A stretch of DNA of 63,989 nt, counting the filler, from Reticulomyxa filosa (taxonomy: Eukaryota > Protista > Foraminifera): the NCBI GenBank assembly GCA_000512085.1. It is 21 parts of 21 records of this genome, joined end to end, with 100 filler letters (N's around TTAATTAATTAA, not from the genome) between each part and the next. Parts side by side here need not be neighbours in the genome. Positions count along the whole stretch, not along the records: positions 1 to 2,919 come from ASPP01019256.1; positions 3,020 to 4,708 come from ASPP01028648.1; positions 4,809 to 12,349 come from ASPP01017092.1; positions 12,450 to 21,292 come from ASPP01007888.1; 17 more parts are not named here. One strand, given 5' to 3'. The notes beneath the pieces were generated by a model that had not been told where the DNA came from, searched no databases, and saw only the letters and a list, made by a program, of their open reading frames with translations. Shown in pieces: positions 1-13,136 of the stretch (positions are counted from its first letter, which is position 1; each line of letters opens with the position of its first letter). The translations under genes and the position numbers were made by a program.

Positions 1-84
1 TACTGAAGTGAAATAAACTTGAGATATTTTGCAAATGATCAAACTATTGTATCTGGTTCAGAAAATAATACGATTGGATTGTGA
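1..84 (+). pseudogene. WD40-repeat gene relic
   Basis: Translates as RYFANDQTIVSGSENNTIGL*, with stops on both sides. Resembles the 'KYFPDGKTIISCSEDKTVRLW' repeats of the intact WD40 genes in this window. Confidence 0.5.
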
Positions 85-560
85 ATGCTTGCAATTTGAG
101 TATTTACAATCCAATTATTTAGCAAAACAGGTTTTGGAGCTTTCTATTTAAAAGAGTGTTATCAGCGTAAGCACAAATTTTTGAAAATGAAAGAAGGCCT
201 TATCAATGTTATTAAGCAAACCTTTTTTTCATTACAATATTAATGGATTTCTTCACAGTTTTGAAATATATTGATTGATGTAACTCAATCTGTTTTGAAT
301 TTTGCTACTATATGTTATATGCGATTTGTCATTGAAATCAAATGCAAGAAATCCAAAAATGCCTTTTAACGAACAAGTTTGTTAAAAAATATAAGAATCA
401 AAATTTGTTTATGGCTACATATAAAAGCAGAAAGCAAATTGCTGAAGAAGAGAGGCATCATGAATTTTGCAAAAAAAAAGGATGAAACCAAGTCAGCAAA
501 AGCTCAAGTACAACTTGAACTTGTTGTAATGCCAAATTTGATTACAAATGAATAAAGTCG

Positions 561-1016
561 TTAATAGCCCAATACTTTGATTAATACTCGCTTGGAGCGC
601 CTCCCATCAAATTCTGCATAAATGATTTCTTCATTGTCACATAAGTCCATTTTACCATTGGTAACACTTATACAAACCTCTCTTTTAAAAGTTTGTCTTT
701 TAATGTGAGAATCTCCGTTGCTATCTCCTGGCGAATTGTGATTATAGTATGCAAGTTTACCCCTCATGTCTTCATCATTTGGCAATAATGTCTCCAGGAA
801 TGTGCCAAAGTCTTCCAGTAACTGTTTTTCATTTTGTTGTACAATCACAGAGGCCGTGATGTGCATAGGAGAAACCAAAACTAAACCCTCTGTGATTTGG
901 GATGCTTGGAGTACTTTCACTACGGCTTGAGTTATATTCTCGAATTGCATTCGGTTCTTTGTTTCAAAGCGCAACTCTTGCTTATAATGCTTCATTTTTG
1001 AATTAGCTGTAGTCAT
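561..1016 (-). CDS. yjbQ: YjbQ/UPF0047 family protein (secondary thiamine-phosphate synthase-like), intronless
   Basis: Family motifs NIT, EGLVLVSPMHITAS, HN..GDSNGDSHIKRQ and YAEFDGRRSKRVLIKVLG. First ATG at 1016, 151 aa. Confidence 0.88.
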   Translation of the reverse strand: MTTANSKMKHYKQELRFETKNRMQFENITQAVVKVLQASQITEGLVLVSPMHITASVIVQQNEKQLLEDFGTFLETLLPNDEDMRGKLAYYNHNSPGDSNGDSHIKRQTFKREVCISVTNGKMDLCDNEEIIYAEFDGRRSKRVLIKVLGY

Positions 1017-1705
1017 TGTATCCACAATGTTTTACTTTAAAGGATTATAATGTCTAAACTTTTAATCTTAAAAAAACTCCTTGTTGGGCCTACTTTTAAA
1101 TTCAACAAGAAATACAAGTCAAAAACTGACACATGTATTGAAATATGCATGAAGTGCTCTGTCAATAAATTTGAGTAAAACAAACTAATTGTGAAGAAAG
1201 CGCAAAAATGTGTTGCTCCAAAATAATTTTTCTATAGGAAAAGAAATGGTTAGGATTATCTTTGATTAAAAATTGGTGACAGCATGGATTCTTTAAGGAG
1301 TAGAATTATCTGAATGTTGAAAAATTGGAAAAGGTTAATAGTGAAAAAACGACGAAAGATGATAGTCAACAGTATTACATTAGCAATGGAGTTTATGAGA
1401 AGAAGTGTAATTGCTAATTTCTCTTCGAACAATTGTATTTACTGATTGGACTTTTCACAAAGCCTTTAATGAATAAACGTAATAACGACAAAAACTTGGG
1501 GATAGAGAGAAAGGGAGAAAAAAAGATATGAAGGGCAAAGATAAGGGGAGAGTTTGATGAAATGGAGTTGCAGTTTGAGTTCAGTTCATATCAAAAAAAG
1601 TCCGAATTTGTTCATTTTGAGTGGTGGACACGTGGCAAGCATCTTTCCAGAGGATAATTTGGGAAGTGTCATCGGTAGTGACAAAGGATTGACGATTGAG
1701 ACCCA

Positions 1706-2732
1706 CTAAAGAACGGATAGGTGTGGAGTGAACACGATAAATGCCAAGAAGGACATGACGACAATCAAAGCAGTATTCGCTAAATTGAGGGGCGTGTCTT
1801 GAGCGTTGTTGAATGGGATGGAGTTTGAGTTGTATTCGGTGTTGATAGAATAGGGATTGGAATTGCCAGGTGTGGAGTGAGAAGAAAGAGTGAAGCGATG
1901 GGATTCATTAGATTTGATGGTGGTGGTGTTGGTGGTGGTGGTTGAGGTTGTGGTAGTGGTAGTGGTTGAAGTGATGGGGATGATTTTGGTAGCTGGCGAA
2001 GCAAACAGAGTCCGTAGCGATTGCAATCGAATAGGCGGTTGAGTTTGATATTGGTACATGCATTCCAAGTTCCAAAGACGAACACTTCCATCTTTGCTCG
2101 CGCTAACCAAGATCTTCTCTTCGTCGATTGTGGTGACACCTGTGATGGTGTCGTCATGGCAGTCGTTGACACACCAGCGAACTTCGAAGGAATGGTTGAA
2201 CATAACCACGTGATTGCCGATTCCGCAAGCAAAGTCTCCATTGGAGAGCTTTCATTATATCCGATTTCGAAAGTGAATATAGCAATCAACCCACACAGAT
2301 ATTTACATATATATATATATATATAACAACGTCATTGACAAATACAAAACTCGAACAATACTGTGAATATCCATTGAATATAACGGTGCGGACTTCTTGG
2401 AATTGACAAGAGGAGTAATGTTCGAATGTGGCGAAGTGCCACTGTTCATTACAAGCAGACTTTCATTGATTCTGTCGTTAATGCGATGCAAGCACTGTGG
2501 CTTGTACGAGTCCATTTTCCATACGCAAATCAGTCCCGATGATCCAATGCTGGCCAACTGGTCTTTGTTGAGTTGACAAATCTGACACAAGTTCACGTCA
2601 TGCTTTTGCACATAAATCATGCGCAGCCTGAAAGTGAGGTGATTAGTCGTCATCACTCCCGAATTGATGACCTCATCGTACTTGCGATCAACAGCGCGAA
2701 GATCGATGAAGACCAATATGCCGTCGACGCAT
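1706..2732 (-). CDS. WD40-repeat protein, partial, multi-exon
   Basis: WD repeats LASIGSSGLICVWK and HDDTITGVTTIDEEKILVSASKDGSVRLWNL. GTTTTG...AG intron at ~2350-2250 joins the two ORF-track frames. Thr-rich tail. Both ends uncertain. Confidence 0.7.
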
Positions 2733-2781
2733 CCTACAATTAAATATTCAAAGCATTGGCCACTTTTGCCTTTATTTATAG

Positions 2782-2782
<1 letters not shown>

Positions 2783-2853
<71 letters not shown>
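2783..2853. repeat. (ATT)n microsatellite
   Basis: About 23 tandem ATT units; source of the spurious poly-L and poly-I ORFs. Confidence 0.95.
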
Positions 2854-2854
<1 letters not shown>

Positions 2855-2919
2855 GTTATCTGTTCTTTTTGTTTTTCGTCCACTCTTCTTTTCTTCTATT
2901 CCTTTGTTTTTTCTACTTT

Positions 2920-3019
2920 NNNNNNNNNNNNNNNNNNNNNNNNNNNNNNNNNNNNNNNNNNNNTTAATTAATTAANNNNNNNNNNNNNNNNNNNNNNNNN
3001 NNNNNNNNNNNNNNNNNNN
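2920..3019. other. Artificial contig linker (first of 20)
   Basis: N44-TTAATTAATTAA-N44. Identical 100-nt copies start at 2920, 4709, 12350, 21293, 23809, 27122, 31779, 33460, 35711, 37019, 39758, 41196, 45931, 49155, 55251, 56794, 57970, 59689, 61753 and 62868. Confidence 0.99.
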
Positions 3020-3229
3020 AAAATATTGATTGATCCTTTTTCGATTTAATTGAGTGAAGCGTTGTTTAATTTCACAATAATCTTATTTATTGTATTTATT
3101 CCAATTAATAAACAAAAAGATAGATAATTTTGTATTATATAACTTTGTTTACTACAAATGGTAGTCTCACATTCAATACTGGTTAATTCATTCAAAAAAA
3201 AAAATTTTAATTGTTTACTAATTGTGGAA

Positions 3230-3600
3230 ATTTAAGATTGGATATTCTACTTCTTCAAAACTATTTCTGTGATCTAAGAAATACATTAACTATTGTATGT
3301 GCATTTAGTTAAATCAATCATTGACTATTTTTTTTATGATATAATTTTATTCCCATCTAATAATTAATTGTTCACAACATAATGCAGACAACTTCTTCAT
3401 ATTTGATGTGTTTCGTTCATTATCCAAATTACTCAAAACTTTCACTGGACATACAGATTGGTCAATTCATTTGTTCTAGATCAGATGATACAACAGTTAT
3501 AGAGACCAATCAACAAATTCAATCATTTAATGAACATTCATCTGAATTGTGCTGTGTGAAATTTTCAGAATATTATCCGTAAATGATTTGTTGTTATCAA
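3230..3600 (+). pseudogene. Degenerate WD40 gene relic
   Basis: Fragment QFICSRSDDTTVIETNQQIQSFNEHSSELCCVKFSEYY, with surrounding stops and frameshifts. Confidence 0.6.
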
Positions 3601-4885
3601 TAATTAATACAATATTTTCACCAAGTAAAAATAAAACATTTATTATTGATAAGAGACCCAAAAACAGGGAATTGATGAATTGAAGAGCAATAATTTGACC
3701 ACTGTTTGTTCTTTTTTTTTTTTCTATAGGAACCTTGAGTGGACCCCTTTTTGCAAAACTCTTTTTTGTATCATTTTATTTTTATGTGTTCAACCAAAGT
3801 TGGAAGAGGAATTAAACAGAGTATAAACAAATGGACGAAGGTGGAACACTTGGTAGAGTACGAGAATAGCAGCAGCGAGTGGCAAGAAAAAAAACAAAAA
3901 GTATGGACATACCATTAAAAAGTTGCATCAATATCTTTCCCAATAGTATACTTCTTCTTCCTATACCAAGGAAGGCAGTTCTAACGAACAAAAAGGAAGA
4001 ATGAATAACTTTTGACACATACTGCTTACTGTTGAAAATATATATATATATATATGTGTTTACTACGTGTATGCACATGCTCATAAACATGCAGCTCTTA
4101 AACATAACTGCAAAGAGGTTTTGTAACAACATAATAAAGAGTTTGATAATCAATTGAATCTTGCCAAATCAAAACGTTCATAGATTGATTTTTTTCAATT
4201 GAAAGAATAATATGTTTCGGATTGATATAATAGACAAAGAAGACTTGTAACAATTATCAAGGGAAAAAGAGGAAATAGAAGATAATATGAAAAAGTATAT
4301 GATGAAGATTTTTTTAAAAAATCAAAAAACATCGAATACTTGCATCAGTACACTGCCGTGTTTCAATTATTCAATGCTTGTAAACTGAAATTTCTTCCAT
4401 ATTCGCAATATTTCAATATCAGTTGTCAGACTTTCAAAGTTTTAACAATGGTTGTAGTCGATTTTGGCATGTATTGCCTTAGATGTAAGAAAGAAAAGAA
4501 TGAAACAAATGAAGAAGACAATTTAACAGAAAATATTTATTGAACAGAGTATGTAGACTTACAAATTTGACATATATGCATTTGGAATCTCATTATTTGA
4601 ATCGTTTGTTGAAGAACGAACGTAATGTGAATTGACCTTCCAGCAGGCTGCTACCTTAGTTGAAAAATAAGTAATATATACGTCATGATCTAAATAATGA
4701 AAAGATTGNNNNNNNNNNNNNNNNNNNNNNNNNNNNNNNNNNNNNNNNNNNNTTAATTAATTAANNNNNNNNNNNNNNNNNNNNNNNNNNNNNNNNNNNN
4801 NNNNNNNNTGTAATTTTGTTAAGATGAGCAACAAGTAATTTATTTTTTTTTTTTTCTTTCTTTTGCAATGGGGGTGGATAAAAGA

Positions 4886-7697
4886 CGGTGGCAAATCACA
4901 TGGAGAGTTTGTTTCAAGTATTGGAATACGAAAAGCATATGAGAAATATATACGGTGTGTACGAGTCGTATGTCAAAACAATATTAATAGTGGAGTATTT
5001 AAAAGGCTGTGCAAACCTATATAACCACGTTTATTACTACAAAGAGGATAAAATGAAAAAATTGAAGCATGCCAAATTGATGATGCAATTATTTACACCG
5101 TTTAAGTGAATCCACGCATATTATATGTATATATATATATATATATTATATATATATATATTGTGATCTATAGTATACGTACACATCTATACGACAATGA
5201 CAAATGACAAACACAGCGCATTAGAGCCTTTGCGAAAAATAATCGAAGAGGCAATAATGGATTATGCCGTGTTGGTGTCTCAGCCACGAAAAGGAATGCG
5301 AGATTACAAAGGACATTTCTTTTGGGGCAAAGATTACAAACGTGTGGAGTCCATCTACGCGGATTGCTATTTGCTTTTTTTACAAACGTACACTCGCTTG
5401 TGCAATGACGTGACGATGACGACCCAGGACAAGTCGGACAACAGGGAAAACCTTTTGATCGATCCGTCTCGTTGCATCACATTTTTCGCCACGACGCTAT
5501 ACGGACTGATGGGTTGCTTGCACTCGCAAAATCGCGAAAAGACGCAGACAACAAAGAATCTCTGCATTCAATTGTTAGAAGTGCTCATTTCCATTGACTA
5601 CGTCAATGAGCATTGCATAAGCGAGGCGATGCTATGTAATCTCGTGTCGATGCTGCATGGGGCCGTCCTTGCAGATGTGCATTGCTATTTGTACGCACTC
5701 ATGCAATCGACCCCTGGCAATACCGGAATGCCGACGCCATCGCTATCGCTTCCGTGGCAAGAAGATATTAGTCGTATCTTATGCAAGATCACATCCGTGG
5801 TATTGAAACAGTCGAAGCAAGTATCTGTCCAAGGCAACACATCTTTTGTTCCGCAGTCCATTGTCAATGACCTGTTCCATGTGCTCATTGCCTGTTTCAT
5901 TGACCCAGTGGAAGTGCTGCTGGCATGGACCACTTCTGACTTTGACACTTTGCCGTCGTTCTCGCATGGTTCGCCCATGGGAACTCCGCGCTTGACTTTA
6001 CATCGCAAGAACGAAGTGGAGCCACTCCAAAAAACACCGAGTCAAAGCCAAGACAAAATGCCCGCGCATTTTGGACACGAGGTCAAAGTACTTTGGAGTG
6101 ACCAATGGCTGGGAGCCATGGATGACTTGGCCAATCACTTTTGTGCTCACAACGATCGCAACGCTCACTCGGCTCGATTATCTGAGGTTGTAAATACCAC
6201 CGATCTGCTCAATATTGTTACGTCTATTACATTGCTGATTTCCCATGAATCCGCTGTTGTGTCAGAAGATGATAGAAAGACAGACTCCAAAAGACCTTTT
6301 CGGACAATCGAGCTGTCCAAAGCCGACAAGCAATTGTCCGTTCGCATCGCTCACAAACTGCTTTATTGTGTCCAACGATACTATCAAACCGAGGAACATC
6401 GAAACATCGCTTGTTCCGTCCTCAGAGAAAATATCTTGCACTTGCTCAAACAATTAAAAAAGTTGAGGGACAAATCAAATCTATTAATTATTTGCTCATA
6501 TATGCATATATATATTTTTTTTTTTTTGTTTGCGATATACACATATGCATTATATGTAAAACAAATAAAAGATGGGAAACGGCAAAGACACCTTCGTTCA
6601 ATGAAGTTATTGTTTTGGTTTGGCATATGTCACACTTGCACTTCTGGATGGTATCGGAGGATAAAAAAGCCAAGTCGATCGAACGTCAAAACGAAAATGA
6701 AAATGAAAATGAAAATGAAGAGAGATCATCGTCTTCGTCGGAAAGTGAGCTGTTGGAGGCCGTGCGTGATCTTTTGGTAAACAAACTTTCGGAAAAACAA
6801 TACGTTCAAGCCATTGGCGAAGGCTTGAGCCATTGTTTCCTGGATATCGTCACCTCGTTAACTGTTGAACAAAAACAAGGCAGTAATGTCGATATTTTGC
6901 TTGATACCTCGTCACCTCTTTATTTCCAAATTGAGACGCTCGTGCTCTTGCTTCCTCATATTCTATTAAATTTCATCGAAAGTCAGAGCCATCCTTGTTT
7001 GGCGGTACGTGTAACTCTTTTTTTTTTTTTTGAAATGGAATGTCGTTGTACTGTGTGGAAATACTTGTACGGATATCATAGATAACACATTGCATTTGCC
7101 ATGCACTGGATATTGCCACGTTGCTTCATTCCGTGTCTCCTTTTTATCAAACTAATAATAGTTTGCAAGCCTTGTATGATTTGGTCGTTCCATTAATTAT
7201 TAATTGCATCTGTTCTTATGACAGCGTTGATTCTGTCTCGGATGGAAGAAATCATTGTGTGTTTATAATTTTTATTTTCTTCTTTCCATCTATTTATTTC
7301 ATCTATTTCTTCAAAAAAAAAATTTGTGTGTTGTTTGTCTTACTTATTTTAATAAATCGTGACCATCTCCTTACCAGTGCTGCTGTTTATCACAAGAAAT
7401 ATTATGACCAATCCTACTTTGAAGATTTCGGTTGCAAGATCTCCTCGAGATAAACTTGTTATATTGCAAAAGCAACTCAACGCGTTTTCTCAGCGGCTTA
7501 TCCAGAGCACAAATAATCAAAATGAGCAAAAAATAAACACAACGTCTATAATACAGACTGCACAAACATCTACCCAAAAACAAACTCAAGATAGTAATGG
7601 ATCCTCTCAAAAATTAAAAAAAGACAAAATAAAAGTACTAGAGAAACCTACTTTAGTCACAACTGAAAAAAATGAAATTGACTTTAGTAAGTTTTGA
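4886..7697 (+). CDS. HEATR5/Laa1/SWEETIE-like HEAT-repeat AP-1 accessory protein, C-terminal part, multi-exon
   Basis: By recall, YESYVKTILIVEYLKGCANLY, AIMDYAVL...GHFF...VESIYADCYLLFL and NLCIQLLEVLI align with HEATR5 segments (YxES.TME.LAVLKAWAEVY; ALKDYALL...GAFY...HY...W..IL). Ends in a low-complexity linker plus IDFSKF*. Several AT-rich introns. Not confirmed by search. Confidence 0.55.
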
Positions 7698-8869
7698 TTG
7701 CTTTTTCTCTTTCTCTACATATCCTTTTGTTGACAAACATTTCTTTTTTGCGTAAGTAATACAAAAAATTACAACTATCGCTACTGAATATCTTTTTTCT
7801 CACTTCAAATTATAAAACAAATATGGTTTTAAACGAGTACAAAAATGATCACATACGACCCAATACTCTTCTTGCATTTTTTTTACAGTTGATTGTTAGT
7901 GGTATTCACAAAAAATTTGAATCACCAGTCAATTTGTTAACTGCACATTACTTTGCAATTGATGGGAAATATTTGCAAGAAAACACAAGCTATCTTCACA
8001 ACTTCAAGAGAACAATCTTTTTTTACAAATGTAATCACTGATATGTGTACACCAAATCATACCACAAAGTACATTCACTATCTCATTGTTTTTTTCCAAT
8101 AAAATACATATGCGCGATCACATAATTATTATGTTTTGTCATTATTTTGCGCGACTACCCGTACATTTTATTGTAATGATGTGGTTTTTTTATCCTTTTT
8201 CTTTTTTTTTGCTGTACACGTTTAAAAACAAACAAATAACAAAAATCAAAACACCCAAAACAACAAAATTGTCATTTCTTTATCCAAATGCAATTTAATT
8301 TCACGTAGCACCAACTCGTATGATAACGTCTTCACTACCAACCACACACTTTTTAAAAAAAAAAAAGGAAAAAAAAAAAAAAAGAATTTTACGAACGTCC
8401 CCCTTTGTGATAGGTAAATTATGTATTAAAGTTTATAATATAAAAATAATTTAGTTAGTTCATTTTTTATTATTTTTAAACTAGTATATTGGTTAAATAT
8501 CGAACAGTTTTTTCAAAAATATTATTTTTATTTTCAATGAAAGAGACAATTTCATATAACCGTCTTTTAGAGCAATTGATTTGAAAGCTGAAAGTTTTGA
8601 AAAAAAGCTTGAAAAGCGAGAACTTTCGAAAGGAGGTTAGCAACAAAAACTTGTAAAAAAAGGGCAATGGGATGTCAGGAATGCCTTCTTGTGAGCTTTT
8701 TGTTTTTTTTGTTTCATGTATTTGATGTTTTGATTTTGCTTGTCTTTTTCCTGCATTTTAGAAAAAAGATTATATGAAACCTTTTAAAAAAAAACAGCCC
8801 CCCCAAAAAAGAATTCGGCACAATTCGGATTTTTAACGAAAGTTGATTCAAAGCAAGGTCAAACAAACG

Positions 8870-9981
8870 ATGCAGGAGCAGGGAAGTCGAAAACGCCACC
8901 ACCTCCGCCTCGCAGTGCAGTAAGCCACAGCAAAATTGTGTCATCGGTAGAATCAAAAAGTCCGTCCATTCAATCATTGAAGAACTCTCCAATCAACGAC
9001 CCACGTTTGCAGTTATCACAAGGAGAAGTAGCAGACAAAGAAAAGAGCGAAGAGAACAACAAAACGAAAAAAAGCAGTCATCGAATGTCGAGCCAGGATC
9101 TCCACCAACAAGCATAGTGTCGGCATTGGACAATAATACAAATAATAATGGCGCTACGACTGCAAACCAAGCAACGCCTCAAGACGCGGGAAGAGTATCA
9201 TCACCGACTTCACGCAATGGCAAAAGTATAGGCATGATCCAACGGGCTAATACGACAGCAAATCTTTCGAATGAATTCCAAACCAAAGTCGCAATGAAAC
9301 TGACACCAAAGGAATATACGAACGATCCAAAGCAACCAGAAAAGTCAGTAAGTACTACACCGCTGTCATTGAGTACGTCAAGTTTGGTTACATACACAGT
9401 CCTTTCATTTTTTCTTGTACGTCTTACTGATCACTCAGAAAATATGGTTTGTAATGTCAATTGGCATTCCGCAAAGTTGAGATCATATCAACAAGGGCCT
9501 CATGTAACAATAACAATTGAAAGGCTATGAGGATGCCGTTGACGTGGATGCAGATACCGACGAGGAAGAGTTAGTACCCAAAGAGGAAAAAAAAACGTCG
9601 TTTTCTAAACTCTTTGGGCAATTGAGAAAAAAGCATTCCATGCCGGAGTTGCGTCAAAGTCCAAAACATGACAGGAAAAAATTGAGTGATATTGGTGTCA
9701 TCAAACGTACAGATACTTCACCGACCACACAGGCCGATTCAGAGCCAACACACCAACGCTATCATACTACCATCGATGCCACTCTTACCATCCCTCCACT
9801 CCCAAAAAAAGATGTTCATCAAGTCACCCAACGCATTAAAGCCAAATATTTTGCTGAATTGAGAAAAAGAAAACTACCTCTTACTCCAATGGTCATGCCT
9901 ATGTTTACTGTTTTGCCAGATGAAATTGACAATGAAGACGGTGACAGAAAAACGACTAAACACTTTACAGCTCCAAAATGA
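8870..9981 (+). CDS. Hypothetical low-complexity Ser/Thr/Lys-rich protein, multi-exon
   Basis: Consecutive coding-like ORFs 9117-9530 and 9517-9981 with intron-like interruptions. No recognisable domain. Confidence 0.45.
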
Positions 9982-10955
9982 CCTTTCATAAACATAAAAC
10001 ATAAAACAAAACGCAATTTTTTAAACCTAGGCAACAAAAAAAAAAAAAATTAATATATACATATTTCCATATAATAACATCAAATACACCCAAGCGAGGC
10101 TTTGAGCATTATACGTGCTCAAAATAATAACAATAATGCTCTCGTAATTTCAGTGCGATGACATCCTTTTTTTTTTCCTCTACCTCCTCCTGGTTTGATT
10201 TTTTTTCCTTGTGGCCATATTAACATGATCATCATTTTGTAAAGATATCTTTCAGAAAGATTTTGTGGACAAATAGCATACTTTAGCAAAATAGCTCTCT
10301 GAATAATATTTACCCCATTGTTGTTGTCAATACATTGGTTGTACTCCCTCTTCTTGTATTCGCATTTGAATGTACGGCACAAATGTTTTTCTTCATGCAC
10401 AGCTACAATAACAGTAAAAAAAAGTCACCCTAAAATGATCTCTATGAATATTTTCATTTTATTTGTAAAAAATCAATACCTGTTAAAAAATTTTAAAGAA
10501 AATAAAAAAATTCACCGTTTTCTACACTTTTATTAAAAACGATATTTGTGTTCTCCAAGCGCGTAGATATCATTTTAAAACAGAATTTTGAAAAAATATT
10601 GATTTATCATGAATAAACTCACAAATGTTTATTGGAGTCATTTTGGAGATCTTTTTTTAGCTGTTGATTGTATATGTAAAAAAATATACTACACAAAATT
10701 TATGAGATTTTATTTTGAATGGTGGGTAAATACGAAACCCTCTCATTACTGATAGGTTCATGTGGCAGCATGTTGTCTAAAAAAAATCTTCTTTGATGCG
10801 TGGTCAGACAAAGAGACGTGAATTAAATTTTCTTCCTCAAAACTGCCCTTTTCCAAGATTATTAATCTTTGGGTGGCTAGAAACAACGAAGAAGATTTTG
10901 AGAAAAGTGAATAAACAAACAAACAAAAAAATAAATAAAAAAGAACATGTGCCAT

Positions 10956-12247
10956 TTATTGATGAGAAGGATCCGAATTGTTTTTACTTGCCATCAGCCC
11001 AAAAGTGAATCTATCGACCTCAGTTTTGTAATCTCCAGGTGACAATTTATACACAGTATGCAGATTCAAATCCAAGTGCGGAATGGATTGGATAGGCAAT
11101 TCCATGAAATACGAATATAAGCATCGGAGAACAGCACGATGAGCAATGACAAGAACAGGTTGTGTGCTTCGTTCTAGCTCAAAGATGACAGGCTCCAATC
11201 TTTGAATGACATCTTTGTAAGACTCACCTTGAGGATAGCGATAGGAGAGCTTGTCTTTTGCTCGAGCAGTAAATTCATTGGGCATTTCGCTTTCGATTTG
11301 TTTGTACGTTTTCCCCTCACAAATGCCAGCATCAATTTCATTCAAAGCTCTCCATTGATAAATTTTGACATTGGGAATTCTTTTTTTGAAAGCGTTTGCA
11401 GTTTGGACTGTTCGTTTCATAGTGCTGCACCAGATATGCATATGTCCTTGTTCTCGGTTGTAGAATTCCGGTTGCATGATGATCCAATCCGCCATCGCTT
11501 TCGCATAGCGTTTGCCAGAAGACGAAAGCGCGCCATCCCCACCGATTCTGCCAGAAACATTGAACTCAGACTCCCCATGTCGAGTCAAAAATATCGCCTT
11601 CTTTTTCAAGTCGATGTGCATCAAAAAGTACAGTATCCTTGCCGGCAAGTAGCCCCGAATCATATGTCCAATTACATATTTACCTGCGTCGATTAGTTTT
11701 ATAAAGCTTCCTTCTTCTTCTCGAACCGCCTCATATGCATTTTGATAATGAGCGATACGTTGTTTGAAGTCCTTAACTTATATACATATGCATATACATT
11801 TATACGTATGCATTATGTTAAGTGGCTAGAACGAAGGAGGGGGGGAAAAGGGGGCCATTAAAAAAAAAAAACACCTGCTTCTTGTGGCGCGACATGAGCA
11901 TAATCAGGTGATCTTAGCTTGACATTCAATATATTTTGGTCAATAAGTTTTTCATCGTGACACTCACTTTCTAGAAATACCAAGTTGACCTTCAGACGGG
12001 AGGCCACATCGGCGGAAGCAAAAAAGGTTCGGATCATTAACCTTCTTTTCACTGTACTATTCGTCCCGTCCAATATCGCAACTTGACCGCCATTGTACAA
12101 AAACTCCGCTGAATCTTTCAATGCCATTTTGGCAAATTCCTCGCGTTGCTTGGTAGCCTCTTCATTCAAGGGGTCAAAAAAATTCGCACTTGCTTTTCCT
12201 AATGTTTCGCTTGCTCCAATTCGACGATATGCCCCGATATTAAATGA
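10956..12247 (-). CDS. PFKFB: 6-phosphofructo-2-kinase/fructose-2,6-bisphosphatase, 5'-truncated at the contig end
   Basis: Kinase half: SFNIGAYRR, NFFDP, VAILDGTNST, SPDY, DFKQRIAHY. Phosphatase half: LTRHGESEFN, LNEIDAG, RYPQGESY, IAHRAVLRCL. Intron 11874-11777 (GT-AG) joins QEA|VKDFK. Confidence 0.93.
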
Positions 12248-12464
12248 CTTCATTAGTTATGTTTGATTGTTGGTTTATTGTTTATTGTTGTTATCATTAT
12301 TTCATTGTCTTTTAATATCAACCATTCAAAAAAAAAAAAAAAAAAAAAANNNNNNNNNNNNNNNNNNNNNNNNNNNNNNNNNNNNNNNNNNNNTTAATTA
12401 ATTAANNNNNNNNNNNNNNNNNNNNNNNNNNNNNNNNNNNNNNNNNNNNATATATATATATATT

Positions 12465-13136
12465 TTAAAAAAACAAAACATGGATAGAGCGAGGTATTTG
12501 TGTCAAGCTAAAGGCGAAATTGGAAGGCAAGGATGTGGTCATTGTGTCTTGTAGGGACTGGAAGACGGGAAAGGCGCGAAGCAAATGGGGCGACTCTCGA
12601 AGGATGAGACATTGGCAATCCTCGGCGATGATAGTCAAAATGTGATCGGGAATGCTCGCCTGGACAAGCAAAGGGACGGCTTGTCGACAATAGCTGAGAT
12701 ATTGATAAATTGCATCCTGCGCTTGTTTCATCGGTCCCGTGACTTCAATGTCGTAATTGAAGCCCTGTTTGTCTTGCTTGGCCTTGCGGATTTGCTTTAT
12801 GATCACACCATTATACCCTTCAACCGTTGCGAGCAAAAGAGTCGGCAATGGAAAGGGACGTCCTTTCAGTATAAATCTTTTTTCCAATCTTTCATTCATG
12901 TCACTTCTCGTTGACTCTTTCATACTCAATATCTTGTTCTTGCTCTGGCTCTGGCTCTGGCTCCCATCCTTGCTCTGGCTCTTGTCTTCAATTATTACCG
13001 TTTCTTCCTTTTCCTTTTCCTCTTCCTTCTTCTCCTCCTCCTCCGATGTCACGCTTGACTCATGTCGCTGCGCTATTGCAAACGTCTTGCTTTCTGATAC
13101 TCTGCATTTATGAATTGTCAGGTAACTACTGCTCAC
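12465..13136 (-). CDS. Exon with acidic linker and degenerate KH-like domain; possibly the N-terminal part of PFKFB across the gap
   Basis: PTLLLATVEGYNGVIIKQIRK...DIEVTGPMKQAQDAIYQYL resembles the KH pattern GxxG..IKQI...I.ITG. Exon ends at a GTTTT donor just before the linker, on the same strand as PFKFB. Confidence 0.5.
   Translation of the reverse strand: MSSSYLTIHKCRVSESKTFAIAQRHESSVTSEEEEKKEEEKEKEETVIIEDKSQSKDGSQSQSQSKNKILSMKESTRSDMNERLEKRFILKGRPFPLPTLLLATVEGYNGVIIKQIRKAKQDKQGFNYDIEVTGPMKQAQDAIYQYLSYCRQAVPLLVQASIPDHILTIIAEDCQCLILRESPHLLRAFPVFQSLQDTMTTSLPSNFAFSLTQIPRSIHVLFF

Noticed and set aside
2664-2975. Poly-Leu, poly-Ile and similar hydrophobic ORFs (also 52227-52577 and 56054-56524)
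   Set aside because: Translations of microsatellites, or antisense frames of low-complexity coding regions.
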